A program made the position numbers and the translations under genes. Below are positions 29,006-39,408 of a stretch of DNA of 64,000 bases, piece by piece. Numbering within the stretch: the first letter of the stretch is position 1; every line of letters begins with the position of its first letter. Under the pieces are notes generated by a model. That model worked only from the letters and a program-made list of their open reading frames with translations, was not told where the DNA came from and searched no databases. Source of the stretch: Alphaproteobacteria bacterium (GTDB lineage: Bacteria; Pseudomonadota; Alphaproteobacteria; GCA-2731375); contig CBDDPY010000002.1 in assembly GCA_965232515.1 (NCBI GenBank), forward strand, positions 2,144,001 through 2,208,000, read 5' to 3'.

Positions 29006-29500
29006 ATGCTGCCTGACCTGCTGAGCTGGCTATTCCCCCTCGCCTTGGTCTGGGCGATGGTTTCCGACACCCTGACGCTGGAGATCCCCAACAGTATCTC
29101 GGTCGGACTTGTCGCGGTGTTTCTCGCGCTCGCTCTGCTCGCCGGAACGGACTATGTCACCGTCCTGATGCATCTGGGCGCCGGCCTGGCCATGCTCGTC
29201 GCCGGCGCCGGGCTTTTCTTTGCGCGCATTGTCGGTGGTGGCGATGCCAAGCTGCTGGCGGCAGTGTCGGTCTGGACCGGATTTCAGCTGCTGCCGATAT
29301 TCCTTTTCTATATGGCGGTCGCCGGCGGCGTGCTCGCGCTTAGCCTGCTGATCTATCGTCGACTGCCGCTGCCGGCGCGCTTCGCGGCAAATCCCTGGCT
29401 GGACCGCCTCCACAATCCAAACGAGGGGGTTCCCTACGGTGTCGCGATCGGTCTGGCCGGCCTATTCGTGTTTACCAATTTGCCTGTGTTTACAAATTAG
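29006..29500 (+). CDS. cpaA: Prepilin peptidase CpaA (A24)
   Basis: SD..IPN, GGGDAKL, VPYGVAI. Confidence 0.92.
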   Translation: MLPDLLSWLFPLALVWAMVSDTLTLEIPNSISVGLVAVFLALALLAGTDYVTVLMHLGAGLAMLVAGAGLFFARIVGGGDAKLLAAVSVWTGFQLLPIFLFYMAVAGGVLALSLLIYRRLPLPARFAANPWLDRLHNPNEGVPYGVAIGLAGLFVFTNLPVFTN

Positions 29501-29712
29501 TCACAGGGAAATTCGATAAAAAACCGCGCGTATTCGAGGATTTTCCCTCTGACGGTAAGCATCTATTAAGAAAAACAGCAACGGTAAATTAACAGATTCG
29601 GTTCATCGTTTCGCCCCTGACACTCGTCGGAAAATAGAAACAGAACAAACCGGCGGCAAGGCGTTGTCCCTGACAAGACAATGTCGACGTCAACAAAGAA
29701 AAGGGCGCGGTC

Positions 29713-31293
29713 GTGAACCTAGCACGCATTCTCTTGATCGTGGTCGCGTTGGGCATGGCAGGCCTGACGGCCTTTCTGATCAACAACTATCTGACCAACA
29801 AAGAGAACGAATTCGCGAGCAATCAGACCACCGAGCAACAGCTGGTCGGTGCGGTCGAGGTCTTGGTCGCGGACCGTGACATCGCGGCCGGCGAAATCGT
29901 CAATGACGGCGTTCTGCGCTGGCAGGCCTGGCCGGAAACCGCGGTCAACGAGAATTTCGTCTCGCGCAGCGACGAGAGCAGCGCCGCCGGCATCGAGGGC
30001 GCCGCCGTCCGCAGCGCCATCATGGCCGGCGAACCGATCGTGACGAGCAAGCTCGTCATGTCCGATCAGCCGGGTTTCCTGGCCGGCGCCCTGCGCCCGG
30101 GCATGCGCGCGGTCACCGTCGAGGTCGACGAGGTCAGCGGCAATGCCGGCTTCATCCTGCCAGGCAACAGGATCGACGTGATCCTGACTCAAGAAGTCGA
30201 CGTCGCGACGCCGGGTGGCGACACGGGCAAGAAACGGGTCAGCGAGACCGTGTTGACGGACCTGCGGGTGCTCGCCGTCGACCAACAGGTCAACGACCTC
30301 GAGGAAGAGCCTAAGGTCAGCAAGACGGTGACCTTGGAAGTCGACGTCAAGCAGGCCGAGACCGTCTCCCTTGTCAAGCGGATGGGCGAGCTGTCGCTCT
30401 CGCTGCGCAGCGTCGCCCGCAGCGACAACGAGACATTGTCGGCCAGCATGTTCACCGCCGACGATCAGATCAGCCGGTTCCTGAGCCCGATCTACATGCC
30501 GGTGCTGACGGCCCGGCACGACATCAAGGCCGGCACGTTGCTGCGGGACCTGGATATCGAGTGGCGCGCGCTGCCGGACGGCATCGAGCCGAACGGCCTG
30601 GTGCTGAAGTCGCAGGTGCCGATGACCTCGATCCGCGGCGCGCTGCTGATGCAGGACATCAGCGCCGCCACGCCAATACGCCAGGACATGTTGATCCAGC
30701 CGAACCAGCAAGGCTTCATCATCGCCGCGCTGAACCCCGGCATGCGCGCGGTATCGGTGGCGGTCGACCAGGTGACCGGCGTCTCCGGCTACATCTCGCC
30801 CGGCGACCATGTCGACGTGATCATGATCCACGAGGTCAAGGACACATCCGATACGCCGGTCCTTGATCCGCGCCGGTTCGCCGAGACCATCGCCGAGGGC
30901 GTCCGGCTGCTGGCGATCGAGAAGCTGTCCAGCCGCAAGACCGGCAAGCCGAAAATCGGCGAGACGGTGACGCTGGAAGTCGACCCCCGGCAGGCCGAAG
31001 TCATCGCGCTGGCGCAGCAAATGGGCACGCTGTCGTTGACCGTGCGGTCGGTGCCGGCACTGGCCCTGGAGAGCTCGACGCCGCGCGACGAGCCGTACAC
31101 GAGCGATCTGTTCGTCAGCGGCGCCGTCGCCGACTTCCTGAGCTTCGGCACCCGGCGGGCGCCGCAGCTGCTTGCCCGACGGGGTCAGCGCAACCGCAGC
31201 GTCGTATCGGCGCCGGCTCGCCGGCCGTCGGCCGGCGGCACCGTCCGGGTCTACCGATCCACCGCCCAGTCAACCGTTCAGATCAGTCGATAG
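29713..31293 (+). CDS. cpaB: Pilus assembly protein CpaB/RcpC, tandem-duplicated
   Basis: Two SAF+RcpC units, each with PGMRAV, PG..DV, VTLEV..QAE, LSL..RS. Confidence 0.9.
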   Translation: MNLARILLIVVALGMAGLTAFLINNYLTNKENEFASNQTTEQQLVGAVEVLVADRDIAAGEIVNDGVLRWQAWPETAVNENFVSRSDESSAAGIEGAAVRSAIMAGEPIVTSKLVMSDQPGFLAGALRPGMRAVTVEVDEVSGNAGFILPGNRIDVILTQEVDVATPGGDTGKKRVSETVLTDLRVLAVDQQVNDLEEEPKVSKTVTLEVDVKQAETVSLVKRMGELSLSLRSVARSDNETLSASMFTADDQISRFLSPIYMPVLTARHDIKAGTLLRDLDIEWRALPDGIEPNGLVLKSQVPMTSIRGALLMQDISAATPIRQDMLIQPNQQGFIIAALNPGMRAVSVAVDQVTGVSGYISPGDHVDVIMIHEVKDTSDTPVLDPRRFAETIAEGVRLLAIEKLSSRKTGKPKIGETVTLEVDPRQAEVIALAQQMGTLSLTVRSVPALALESSTPRDEPYTSDLFVSGAVADFLSFGTRRAPQLLARRGQRNRSVVSAPARRPSAGGTVRVYRSTAQSTVQISR

Positions 31294-31300
31294 GCCTGTC

Positions 31301-32719
31301 ATGAAGCGATCATTGTATAGCGCGGCTGTCTTCGGCCTCGGCTGGTTGTTGCTCGTTGTTGCTGTGGCGCCGGCGACCGCGCAGAACCTTGTGACCAGCG
31401 AGCTCAGTGGGATCGACCTGAGCGACACCAGCAGCGGTCGCCATATCAGCCTGCCGCAGGGCAAGGCGCGGATCATCACGCTGCCGGTCGACGTTCGCGA
31501 CGTCCTGGTCTCAAATCCGGAGGTCGCCGATGTCGTGGTGAAGACCCAGCGGACGATCTACCTGCTGGGCCGCGAAACCGGCGCCACCAACGCCTTCTTC
31601 TTCGACGCCGAGGGCAACGAGCTGCTGCGGCTGGAAATCGCCGTGCAGCTGGACGTGGAAGCCGTCAACGACGCGCTGTCCGCCCTGATGCCCGGCATCG
31701 ACGTGCGGGCGCGCGCCGTCAACAACAATCTGTTCCTGTCGGGCACCGTGCGCTCGCCCGACATGGCCGAGAACGCGCGCAAGATCGCCACGCGGTTCGT
31801 CGAGGAGGACGAGGACGTCGTCAACATGCTTGCCGTCGTCGAAGATCAACAGGTTCTGCTGCAGGTCCGCGTCGCGGAGGTCTCGCGCAACGTGCTGAAG
31901 GAGCTTGGCGCCAATCTGTTCGATTCGATAACCGGCAACTTCACGACGATCACGTCGGGCGACCTGTTCACACGGACATTCACGCAAGGCGCCTCGGTGG
32001 AGACGCCGTTTCTGAACCAGCTGCTGCGCTACGACAACGGCAACGGCGACGTGCTGACGCTGGTCATCAACGCACTCGAGCGCAACGGCCTGATCCGCAC
32101 GCTGGCCGAACCGAACCTGACCGCGATCTCCGGCGAGACCGCGAACTTCCTGGCCGGCGGCGAGTTTCCGATCCCGGTGTCGCAGGACGAGGACACGATC
32201 ACGGTCGAGTTCCGCCAGTTCGGCATCGGCTTGAACTTCACGCCCGTTGTGCTGAACTCCGGCCGGATCTCGCTGCGAATTTCCACCGAAGTGAGCTCGC
32301 TGACCAACGAGGGCGCGGTCACGCTGCAGAGCATCACCATCCCGGCCCTGACCGTTCGCCGGGCGGAAACCACCGTCGAGCTGCCGTCCGGCGGCAGCCT
32401 GATGATCGCCGGCCTGATGCAGGAAGACATGACCAACGGCGTCGACGGCGTGCCAGGCATCAAGGACGTCCCGGTGCTGGGTCCGTTCTTCCGGAACAAT
32501 GCCTTACAGCGGACAGAGAGGGAACTGGTCGTCACCGTCACCAGCTATCTGGTGAAGCCTGTCGATCGGTCGGTCCTGAGCCTGCCGACAGCCGGGCTGA
32601 CGGCGCCGACGGATTTCGATCTGTATTTCCTGGGCCGCCTGCATGGCGCCTATACCAAGACCGAAGCGGCGCCGTCTGCCACCGCGCTGCAGGGTCCGAT
32701 CGGCTACATCCTTCAGTAA
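31301..32719 (+). CDS. cpaC: Secretin CpaC/RcpA
   Basis: QVLLQVRVAEV, LAEPNLTAISGETANFLAGGEFPIP, VPVLGPFF. Confidence 0.94.
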   Translation: MKRSLYSAAVFGLGWLLLVVAVAPATAQNLVTSELSGIDLSDTSSGRHISLPQGKARIITLPVDVRDVLVSNPEVADVVVKTQRTIYLLGRETGATNAFFFDAEGNELLRLEIAVQLDVEAVNDALSALMPGIDVRARAVNNNLFLSGTVRSPDMAENARKIATRFVEEDEDVVNMLAVVEDQQVLLQVRVAEVSRNVLKELGANLFDSITGNFTTITSGDLFTRTFTQGASVETPFLNQLLRYDNGNGDVLTLVINALERNGLIRTLAEPNLTAISGETANFLAGGEFPIPVSQDEDTITVEFRQFGIGLNFTPVVLNSGRISLRISTEVSSLTNEGAVTLQSITIPALTVRRAETTVELPSGGSLMIAGLMQEDMTNGVDGVPGIKDVPVLGPFFRNNALQRTERELVVTVTSYLVKPVDRSVLSLPTAGLTAPTDFDLYFLGRLHGAYTKTEAAPSATALQGPIGYILQ

Positions 32720-33423
32720 TGGGAGCTGACGTAATGACCAGGTTCCAATCGACGCCAGCGGCAATCGGACTTTGCGCCGTGCTGGGCCTGTCGTTGTCCG
32801 CGTGCTCGAACAACAGCGCCGAATTCGCCACCGACGTCGAACGCGACCATCCGGTCCAAGTCGTCAGCCGGCAGGTCGAGCGGCCCGTGACGGTGAATAC
32901 CGAAAGCCTGGAGCTGAGCCCGGAAGACACCGCGCAGCTCGATCGCTTCGTCGCCGACTTTTTGCAGAGCGGCAGCGGCGCCATCGAGATTTCCGTGCCG
33001 GCCGGCACCGGCCGCGACCTGGCGCTCGCACGCGCGAACGTCATTCGCAGCCATGTCATCGCCCGCGGCGTCCGGCCAAGCGAGGTGCAGGTCCGGCTGT
33101 CCGAGCGCAGCTCGGATGCGGACGCGCCGCTGACCGTGAGCTACGAACGCTACAGCGTGAAGCTGCCGGAGTGCGGCAACTTCAGCAAGCCCATGTCGCT
33201 CGATCCGCGAAACCTGGTGTCGCCGAACTACGGCTGCTCGACCCAGCGCAACGTCGCCGCCATGGTCTCCAACCCGGCCGACCTGGTGCGGCAACGCAAT
33301 CAGACGCCGGCCGATGCCCAGCGGCGCAGCCTTGTCATTCAGAACTACCAGCAAGGCAAGGTTACCGAGTCCGAGATTTCCGAGCAGGCCGAGGCTGCCG
33401 GCCTGACCGACATCGGCAACTGA
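32719..33423 (+). CDS. cpaD: Pilus assembly lipoprotein CpaD
   Basis: LSAC lipobox, NYGCSTQRNVAAMVSNPADL. Confidence 0.9.
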   Translation: MGADVMTRFQSTPAAIGLCAVLGLSLSACSNNSAEFATDVERDHPVQVVSRQVERPVTVNTESLELSPEDTAQLDRFVADFLQSGSGAIEISVPAGTGRDLALARANVIRSHVIARGVRPSEVQVRLSERSSDADAPLTVSYERYSVKLPECGNFSKPMSLDPRNLVSPNYGCSTQRNVAAMVSNPADLVRQRNQTPADAQRRSLVIQNYQQGKVTESEISEQAEAAGLTDIGN

Positions 33424-33495
33424 TCGGCAGATCTCTCCAGACGGCAGCAACAAAGGCGGGGCAGAACCATTATTAGGGTCAGCATACAGGCGTGG

Positions 33496-34704
33496 GTGGA
33501 AGACGAGAACTCACAGGCGATCGTCTCCGAAGGGCTGAGCGACCATAAGCTGTCGAAGTCCACCATCGACACACAGCTTGGCGGCCTCGATGCCGCGGTC
33601 ACCTACTATCAGTCAAACCCCACGCCGACGATCATCATTCTCGAATGCGGCGAAGACAGCGAAGCGACGCTGTCGCAGATCGACATTCTGGCTGAAGTGT
33701 GCGACGCCGGCACCAGTGTCCTGCTGCTCGGCGAGGCCAACGATATCGCGCTCTACCGGGAGCTCATCCGGCGCGGCATCAGCGACTATCTGGTCAAGCC
33801 CATCGCACCGCGCCAGATCTTCGACGCCGTGGCGGCAATCTGCATCGATCCGTCGGCGCCCCCCATGGGCCGGCTGCTCGCGTTCGTCGGCAGCCGCGGC
33901 GGCGCCGGCAGCAGCACGATCGCGCACAACGTCACCTGGCAGCTCGCCAAGACGTTCCAGGAAGAGGTCGTCCTGATCGACCTCGACGTTTCGTTCGGCA
34001 CCGCCGGCCTCGCGTTCAACCTGGAATCGCCTCAGGGCGTGCACACGGCGCTGTCGGATCCGGACCGCCTGGACGAAGTCCTGCTCGAGCGGTTTCTGAT
34101 CGAGTACGACGACAATATCCGGCTGATGATGGCGCCCGCGTCGTTGGAAGCCGAGGACAAGATCTATATGGACGCGCTGGAGAAGCTGCTCGACCTGGTG
34201 CGGCGGCGGGCCAGCTATGTCGTTCTGGATCTGCCGCATCGCTGGTCGCCGTGGACGCAGCAGGCGCTGTTGGACGCCGACGAGTCGGCCATCGTCACGA
34301 CACTCGATCTCGCCAGTCTGCGCGACACCAAGAACATCGTCGACCGCCTGAAACAGCAACGCGGCGAGAATGCGCTGCTGCACATCGTGCTGAACCATTT
34401 CGGCGCGTTCAAAAAGACCGAGCTGTCGCCGAAAGACTTCGAAACCGCCATCGAGCTGAAGGCCGCGGCCGTCGTCCCGCACGATCCGGGGCTGTTTGGC
34501 ACGGCATCCAACAACGGCCAGCTGCTGGGCGAGGTGAACGCCCGCCACAAAGCGGTCGAGGCAATCGGGCAACTGGCGCTCGCCATGAGTGGACGTCAGC
34601 CGCCCAAGCAGAAGAAGGGCTTCTTCGATTCGCTGCTGAAGGCCAGGCCAAAGATAAAGGCAAAGGCGAAGCCGAAGGCGGAAGCGAAGTCAGAAGCTGA
34701 GTAA
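33496..34704 (+). CDS. cpaE: Pilus assembly protein CpaE/TadZ
   Basis: NDIALYRELIRRGISDYL, GSRGGAGSSTIAHN, DLD..FGTAGL; true start may lie upstream (about 33469). Confidence 0.9.
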   Translation: MEDENSQAIVSEGLSDHKLSKSTIDTQLGGLDAAVTYYQSNPTPTIIILECGEDSEATLSQIDILAEVCDAGTSVLLLGEANDIALYRELIRRGISDYLVKPIAPRQIFDAVAAICIDPSAPPMGRLLAFVGSRGGAGSSTIAHNVTWQLAKTFQEEVVLIDLDVSFGTAGLAFNLESPQGVHTALSDPDRLDEVLLERFLIEYDDNIRLMMAPASLEAEDKIYMDALEKLLDLVRRRASYVVLDLPHRWSPWTQQALLDADESAIVTTLDLASLRDTKNIVDRLKQQRGENALLHIVLNHFGAFKKTELSPKDFETAIELKAAAVVPHDPGLFGTASNNGQLLGEVNARHKAVEAIGQLALAMSGRQPPKQKKGFFDSLLKARPKIKAKAKPKAEAKSEAE

Positions 34705-34706
34705 AG

Positions 34707-36158
34707 ATGTTCGGAAAGCGGAGCGGACCGCCGACGCAAGCTCCAAAGCCGGCGCCGGAAGCGCCGGCTGCCAGTCCTGCACAACCGGCGACAGCGCCGG
34801 CTCCTGCAGCGCCGGCGGCACCGGCTGAGTCTGCCTCACCGCCGCCACCGCCCCCGCCGCCGGCCAGCGAACCGCCGAAAATCTTCGGCGACGCCGAACA
34901 GAAATACAACGAGACCAAGCAGAACATCTTCGCGGCGCTGGTCGAAGCCGTCGATCTGACGGAGCTGAGCAAGCTCGACTCCGGTCAGGTCCGCGAGGAG
35001 ATCACCGACATCGTCGGCGAGATCATCGCCGTTCAGAATCTGGTGCTCAGCGCCGCCGAGCAGGGCAAGCTGATCACCGACATCTGCAACGACGTCCTCG
35101 GTCTGGGGCCGCTGGAGCCGCTGCTGGTGCGCGACGATATCGCCGACATCATGGTGAACGGCGCGAACAAGGTCTATATCGAGACCAGCGGCAAGGTTGA
35201 GCTGACCGATATCCGCTTCCGCGACAATGCGCAGCTGATGAACATCTGCCAACGCATCGTCAGCGCCGTCGGCCGCCGCGTCGACGAAGCCAGCCCGATC
35301 TGCGACGCCCGCTTGGCAGACGGCAGCCGCGTCAACGTGATCGCGCCGCCATTGGCCATGGACGGCCCGGCCCTGACCATTCGTAAATTCAAGAAGGACA
35401 AGCTGACGCTGGAGACGCTGGTCGAATTCGGCAGTGTTTCGCCGCAGGGCCTGGAACTGCTGAGCGTCATCGGCAACTGTCGCCTGAACGTCATCGTATC
35501 CGGCGGTACCGGCTCGGGCAAAACGACACTGCTGAACTGCCTGACCCGCTTTATCGACGTCGACGAGCGCACGATCACCTGCGAGGACTCGGCGGAGCTG
35601 CAATTGCAGCAGCCGCACGTCGTGCGCCTCGAAACGCGCCCGCCCAACCTGGAGGGCGTTGGCGAGATCACCATGCGCGATCTCGTCAGAAACTGCCTGC
35701 GTATGCGACCGGAGCGGATCATCGTCGGCGAGGTCCGTGGACCGGAGGCTTTCGATCTGCTGCAGGCCATGAACACTGGCCACGACGGCTCGATGGGCAC
35801 GATCCACGCCAACAACCCGCGCGAAGCGATCAGCCGTGTCGAGAACCTGATCGCCATGGGCGGCTTCAACCTGCCGGTGAAGACCGTGCGCGAGCAGATC
35901 GCAGGCGCCGTCAACATCATCGTGCAGGCCTCGCGGCTGCGCGACGGCAGCCGCAAGATCACCCATGTGACCGAAGTGGTCGGCATGGAAGGCGAGGTTG
36001 TGACCCTGCAGGACCTCTATGTCTACGAACTGCACGGCGAAGACGAGAACGGCCGCATCGTCGGCGAACACAAACCCACCGGCCTGCGGCCGGCGTTCTG
36101 GGACAAAGCGAAATACTTCGGCAAGGAACGGGAACTTGCCGCGGCACTGGGCATGTAA
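34707..36158 (+). CDS. cpaF: Pilus ATPase CpaF/TadA
   Basis: GGTGSGKTTLLN, LRMRPERIIVGEVRG, AMNTGHDGS; Pro-rich N-terminus. Confidence 0.95.
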   Translation: MFGKRSGPPTQAPKPAPEAPAASPAQPATAPAPAAPAAPAESASPPPPPPPPASEPPKIFGDAEQKYNETKQNIFAALVEAVDLTELSKLDSGQVREEITDIVGEIIAVQNLVLSAAEQGKLITDICNDVLGLGPLEPLLVRDDIADIMVNGANKVYIETSGKVELTDIRFRDNAQLMNICQRIVSAVGRRVDEASPICDARLADGSRVNVIAPPLAMDGPALTIRKFKKDKLTLETLVEFGSVSPQGLELLSVIGNCRLNVIVSGGTGSGKTTLLNCLTRFIDVDERTITCEDSAELQLQQPHVVRLETRPPNLEGVGEITMRDLVRNCLRMRPERIIVGEVRGPEAFDLLQAMNTGHDGSMGTIHANNPREAISRVENLIAMGGFNLPVKTVREQIAGAVNIIVQASRLRDGSRKITHVTEVVGMEGEVVTLQDLYVYELHGEDENGRIVGEHKPTGLRPAFWDKAKYFGKERELAAALGM

Positions 36159-36209
36159 CGGGCCAGGCGGCGCCTGTCGCCGCCGGTCGGATGCAAACGG
36201 AGACAGATC

Positions 36210-37202
36210 GTGAGCCTAAACGCATTGATCATGGTGGTCGTGTTCGGCGGCTTTCTGTCGTTGTCGCTGCTGGTCTATATCGTCCTGGCGCCCCAGCTGA
36301 TCGCGCGCGCGCGATTGCGGCGTCGAATCTCGGCGGTGTCCGGCAAGTCCACCGTGCAGACCGACAGCAAATCGAACCGCGACAGCAGTCGCAAGCGCGG
36401 CGAACTGCAGGCCCGATTGAAGCAGGCGGAGAAGGACAAGGCTAAAACCACGTCGCGCGCCGCCATCTACCGCCGCGACCTGCAACAGGCCGGATTGTCG
36501 ATGTCGCTGCAGAAGTTCCTGTGGATGTGCGGCATTCTCGGACTGGTGGCGGGCGCCGTCTATCTGCTGCTCGGCTATCCGCCCATCGGCGCGCCCGCGG
36601 TGGCGATCACCGTCGGCTTCGGCTTGCCGCGGTTCGTCGTCCGCTGGCTGGGCAAACGGCGCGTCGCCAAGTTCACGCAGCTCTTCGCCGACGCCGTCGA
36701 CGTCATGGTGCGCGGCATCAAGTCCGGCCTGCCGGTCGGCGAGTGCCTGAACATCATCGCCCGCGAGAGCCCCGATCCGGTCGGGGAAATCTTCCGCGAG
36801 ATTGTCGAGGCTCAACGCCTGGGCGTGACGACGGAAGAAGCGCTCGAGCGCGCGCAGGAACGCCTGCCGACGGCCGAGCTGCGCTTCTTCTCCATCGTGC
36901 TGTCGATCCAGCAGCAGACCGGCGGCAACCTCGCCGAGACGCTCGGCAACCTGTCGAGCATCCTGCGCGCGCGCAAGAAGATGAAAGACAAGGTCAAGGC
37001 GATGTCATCGGAAGCGCGGGCGTCGGCGATGATCATCGGCTCGCTGCCGTTCATGGTGACCGGCATGCTGGCCATGAGCAGCCCCGACTACATCATGATT
37101 CTGTTCACCGACGACTTCGGCAACATCCTTCTGATGGGCGGCCTGTGCTGGATGGCGATCGGCGTCTTCATCATGAAGCAGATGGTGAATTTCGAGATAT
37201 GA
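36210..37202 (+). CDS. tadB: TadB (T2SS-F family)
   Basis: VRGIKSGLP, IQQQTGGNLAE, AMSSEARASA. Confidence 0.92.
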   Translation: MSLNALIMVVVFGGFLSLSLLVYIVLAPQLIARARLRRRISAVSGKSTVQTDSKSNRDSSRKRGELQARLKQAEKDKAKTTSRAAIYRRDLQQAGLSMSLQKFLWMCGILGLVAGAVYLLLGYPPIGAPAVAITVGFGLPRFVVRWLGKRRVAKFTQLFADAVDVMVRGIKSGLPVGECLNIIARESPDPVGEIFREIVEAQRLGVTTEEALERAQERLPTAELRFFSIVLSIQQQTGGNLAETLGNLSSILRARKKMKDKVKAMSSEARASAMIIGSLPFMVTGMLAMSSPDYIMILFTDDFGNILLMGGLCWMAIGVFIMKQMVNFEI

Positions 37203-38164
37203 TGAACGCAATCCTCGACACGACCAACATCATCATGGTCCTGGCCAGCGCCGGGGCCTTCCTCACCATACTGGCCTTCGGCATGCCGCTGTTGGCGCGC
37301 GACCCCTTTACCTCGCGCCTGAAGGCGGTGGCGAAACGGCGCGAGGAGCTGCAGGCGGCGAACCGTGCTCGCACCGGCCCGCAGTCCTCGCGGATCCGCC
37401 AGCAGCAGGGCAAGACCTATATGCGGATCGTGGTCGACCGGCTCAAGCTGCTGGATCCGACCGACAGTCAGCAGATCAAGGATTCGCTGGCGCAGGCCGG
37501 CCTGCGCGGCCAGGGCCCGTTGATCACCTACGCCTTCCTGCGCTTCGTCGCGCCGATCGGCGTGATGCTGCTGACGGCGCTCTACATCTTCCTGGTCGCC
37601 AAGGTCGACCTGGAAACGCCGATGAAGATCCTGATCACGATCGGCTCCGGCGTGGTCGGCTTCTTCCTGCCGCAAATCCTGCTGAAGAACCGGATCCAAA
37701 GCCGCCAACAGGCCCTGACCAAGGTGTTCCCGGACGCGCTCGATCTGCTGGTGATCTGCGTCGAGGCCGGCCTGTCCATGGATGCGGCCTTCACGCGCGT
37801 CTCCGAGGAAATCGCCGAAAGCGGACCCGAGCTGGCCGAGGAGCTCGGCCTGACATCGGCCGAGCTGGCGTTCCTGCCCGACCGGCGGCAAGCACTCGAG
37901 AACCTGACCCGCCGCACTGGCCTGCCGTCCGTCAAGGCGCTGGTCACCGCACTGGCTCAGTCGGAAAAGTATGGTACGCCCCTGAGCGTCAGCTTGCGCG
38001 TGCTCGCCGGCGAGAATCGCGACGAACGCATGTCGAAAGCGGAAAAGAAGGCCGGCGCCCTGCCGGCACAGCTTACCGTGCCGATGATTGCCTTCTTCCT
38101 GCCGGTGCTGTTCGTGGTGCTGCTGGGTCCGGCGATCATCCAGACCATGTCGACCTTGGGCTAG
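37199..38164 (+). CDS. tadC: TadC (T2SS-F family)
   Basis: FPDALDLLVICVEAG, QSEKYGT, LTVPMIAFFLP; ATGA overlap with tadB. Confidence 0.92.
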   Translation: MMNAILDTTNIIMVLASAGAFLTILAFGMPLLARDPFTSRLKAVAKRREELQAANRARTGPQSSRIRQQQGKTYMRIVVDRLKLLDPTDSQQIKDSLAQAGLRGQGPLITYAFLRFVAPIGVMLLTALYIFLVAKVDLETPMKILITIGSGVVGFFLPQILLKNRIQSRQQALTKVFPDALDLLVICVEAGLSMDAAFTRVSEEIAESGPELAEELGLTSAELAFLPDRRQALENLTRRTGLPSVKALVTALAQSEKYGTPLSVSLRVLAGENRDERMSKAEKKAGALPAQLTVPMIAFFLPVLFVVLLGPAIIQTMSTLG

Positions 38165-38182
38165 CGCCGGGCCGCCGGGCAA

Positions 38183-39373
38183 ATGGGAGCACGCCGGTCG
38201 CGAGAGCGCGCCGTCGCCGAGCGCGCGAGCTTCGATCCGGCCCCGAAGAAAATCCTGATCACGACAGGCGGCTGGCAGTCCGCCCTGGCCTGCGTGCAGA
38301 GCTATGGCCGCGCCGGCCACGAGGTGCATCTGTTCGACCCGGATCCGGATGTGCCGCTGGGCCGGTCCCGTCACTGCCGCCAGGTCGTTCGCGCGCCGCG
38401 TGAAAACGAAACCGCGACCTATCGCTCGGCCCTGCTCCAGACGCTGGCGGCGGGCCAATACGACCTGCTGGTGCCAAGCAGCGACGCAGTCGCCGACATT
38501 GTGGCCCGCGCGCAGAACGAGATCCCCGAACGAACGCGAATTGCCATCGCCTCGGCCGAACAGGTCGCCATGGCGGGCAACAAGCGGGACACCGGCCGTT
38601 TCGCCGAGGCCGCCGGCATCCTGACGCCGGAGACGTTCTATCCGGAGACGCGCGACGAGGTCGTCCGTCTCTCCGAGCGGATCTCCTATCCCTGCGTCGC
38701 CAAGCGCCCCGTCGGGACCGCCAACGACGGGGTCCTGATCTGCATGTCGGCCTGCGAGCTGCTGGCCTATTTCGACGCGCCGGAATCGGACGGCAACTGG
38801 CCGATCGTGCAGTCCTTCGTCGACGGCGATTTCTACGATGCGACGGCCGTCTGCGATCGTGGCGAGGTGGTCGGGCTGTTCGCCTTCTACTGTCCGCAGT
38901 CCTACTACATCGGCGGCACGCCGCCCTATGCCTACAGCGTCACCGATCCAGCCTTCCTGGCGGCGGCGCGCCAGGTGCTCGAGATCTTGGCCTGGCACGG
39001 CGCCGTGGACCTGGACTTTCTCCAGGACGAAGACGGCCGTTACCGTCTGCTGGAAATCAATCCGCGCTTCTCGGGCACGGTGAACATGGCGCTGAAGCTG
39101 GGGCTCGATCTGCCGCGGGCCTATTTCGACGTCGCCCATGGCCAACGAACCGGGGACTACCGCGGCCGCTATCCGGACGGCGTCCTGTTCCGTACGGTCC
39201 TGAACGTTGAATTGAACTGGATCGCCCAGCGCCCCGGCGCCAGGCTATGGATCGCCTTCGCGAAATCCTTCCGCCGGTTCCGCACCAATATCTACTGGCG
39301 CGACCTCCCCTATCTGCGCCACCTGATCGGCCGCGCCTTCCGCCGCTTGTGGCGGCGTTTTGGACAGGCTTGA
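38183..39373 (+). CDS. ATP-grasp domain protein
   Basis: YPCVAK, IVQSFVDG, LDF..YRLLEINPRFSG. Confidence 0.8.
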   Translation: MGARRSRERAVAERASFDPAPKKILITTGGWQSALACVQSYGRAGHEVHLFDPDPDVPLGRSRHCRQVVRAPRENETATYRSALLQTLAAGQYDLLVPSSDAVADIVARAQNEIPERTRIAIASAEQVAMAGNKRDTGRFAEAAGILTPETFYPETRDEVVRLSERISYPCVAKRPVGTANDGVLICMSACELLAYFDAPESDGNWPIVQSFVDGDFYDATAVCDRGEVVGLFAFYCPQSYYIGGTPPYAYSVTDPAFLAAARQVLEILAWHGAVDLDFLQDEDGRYRLLEINPRFSGTVNMALKLGLDLPRAYFDVAHGQRTGDYRGRYPDGVLFRTVLNVELNWIAQRPGARLWIAFAKSFRRFRTNIYWRDLPYLRHLIGRAFRRLWRRFGQA

Positions 39374-39408
39374 ACCGGCGCCAGGCCAGCCAGCGCCGCT
39401 CGGCGTCG

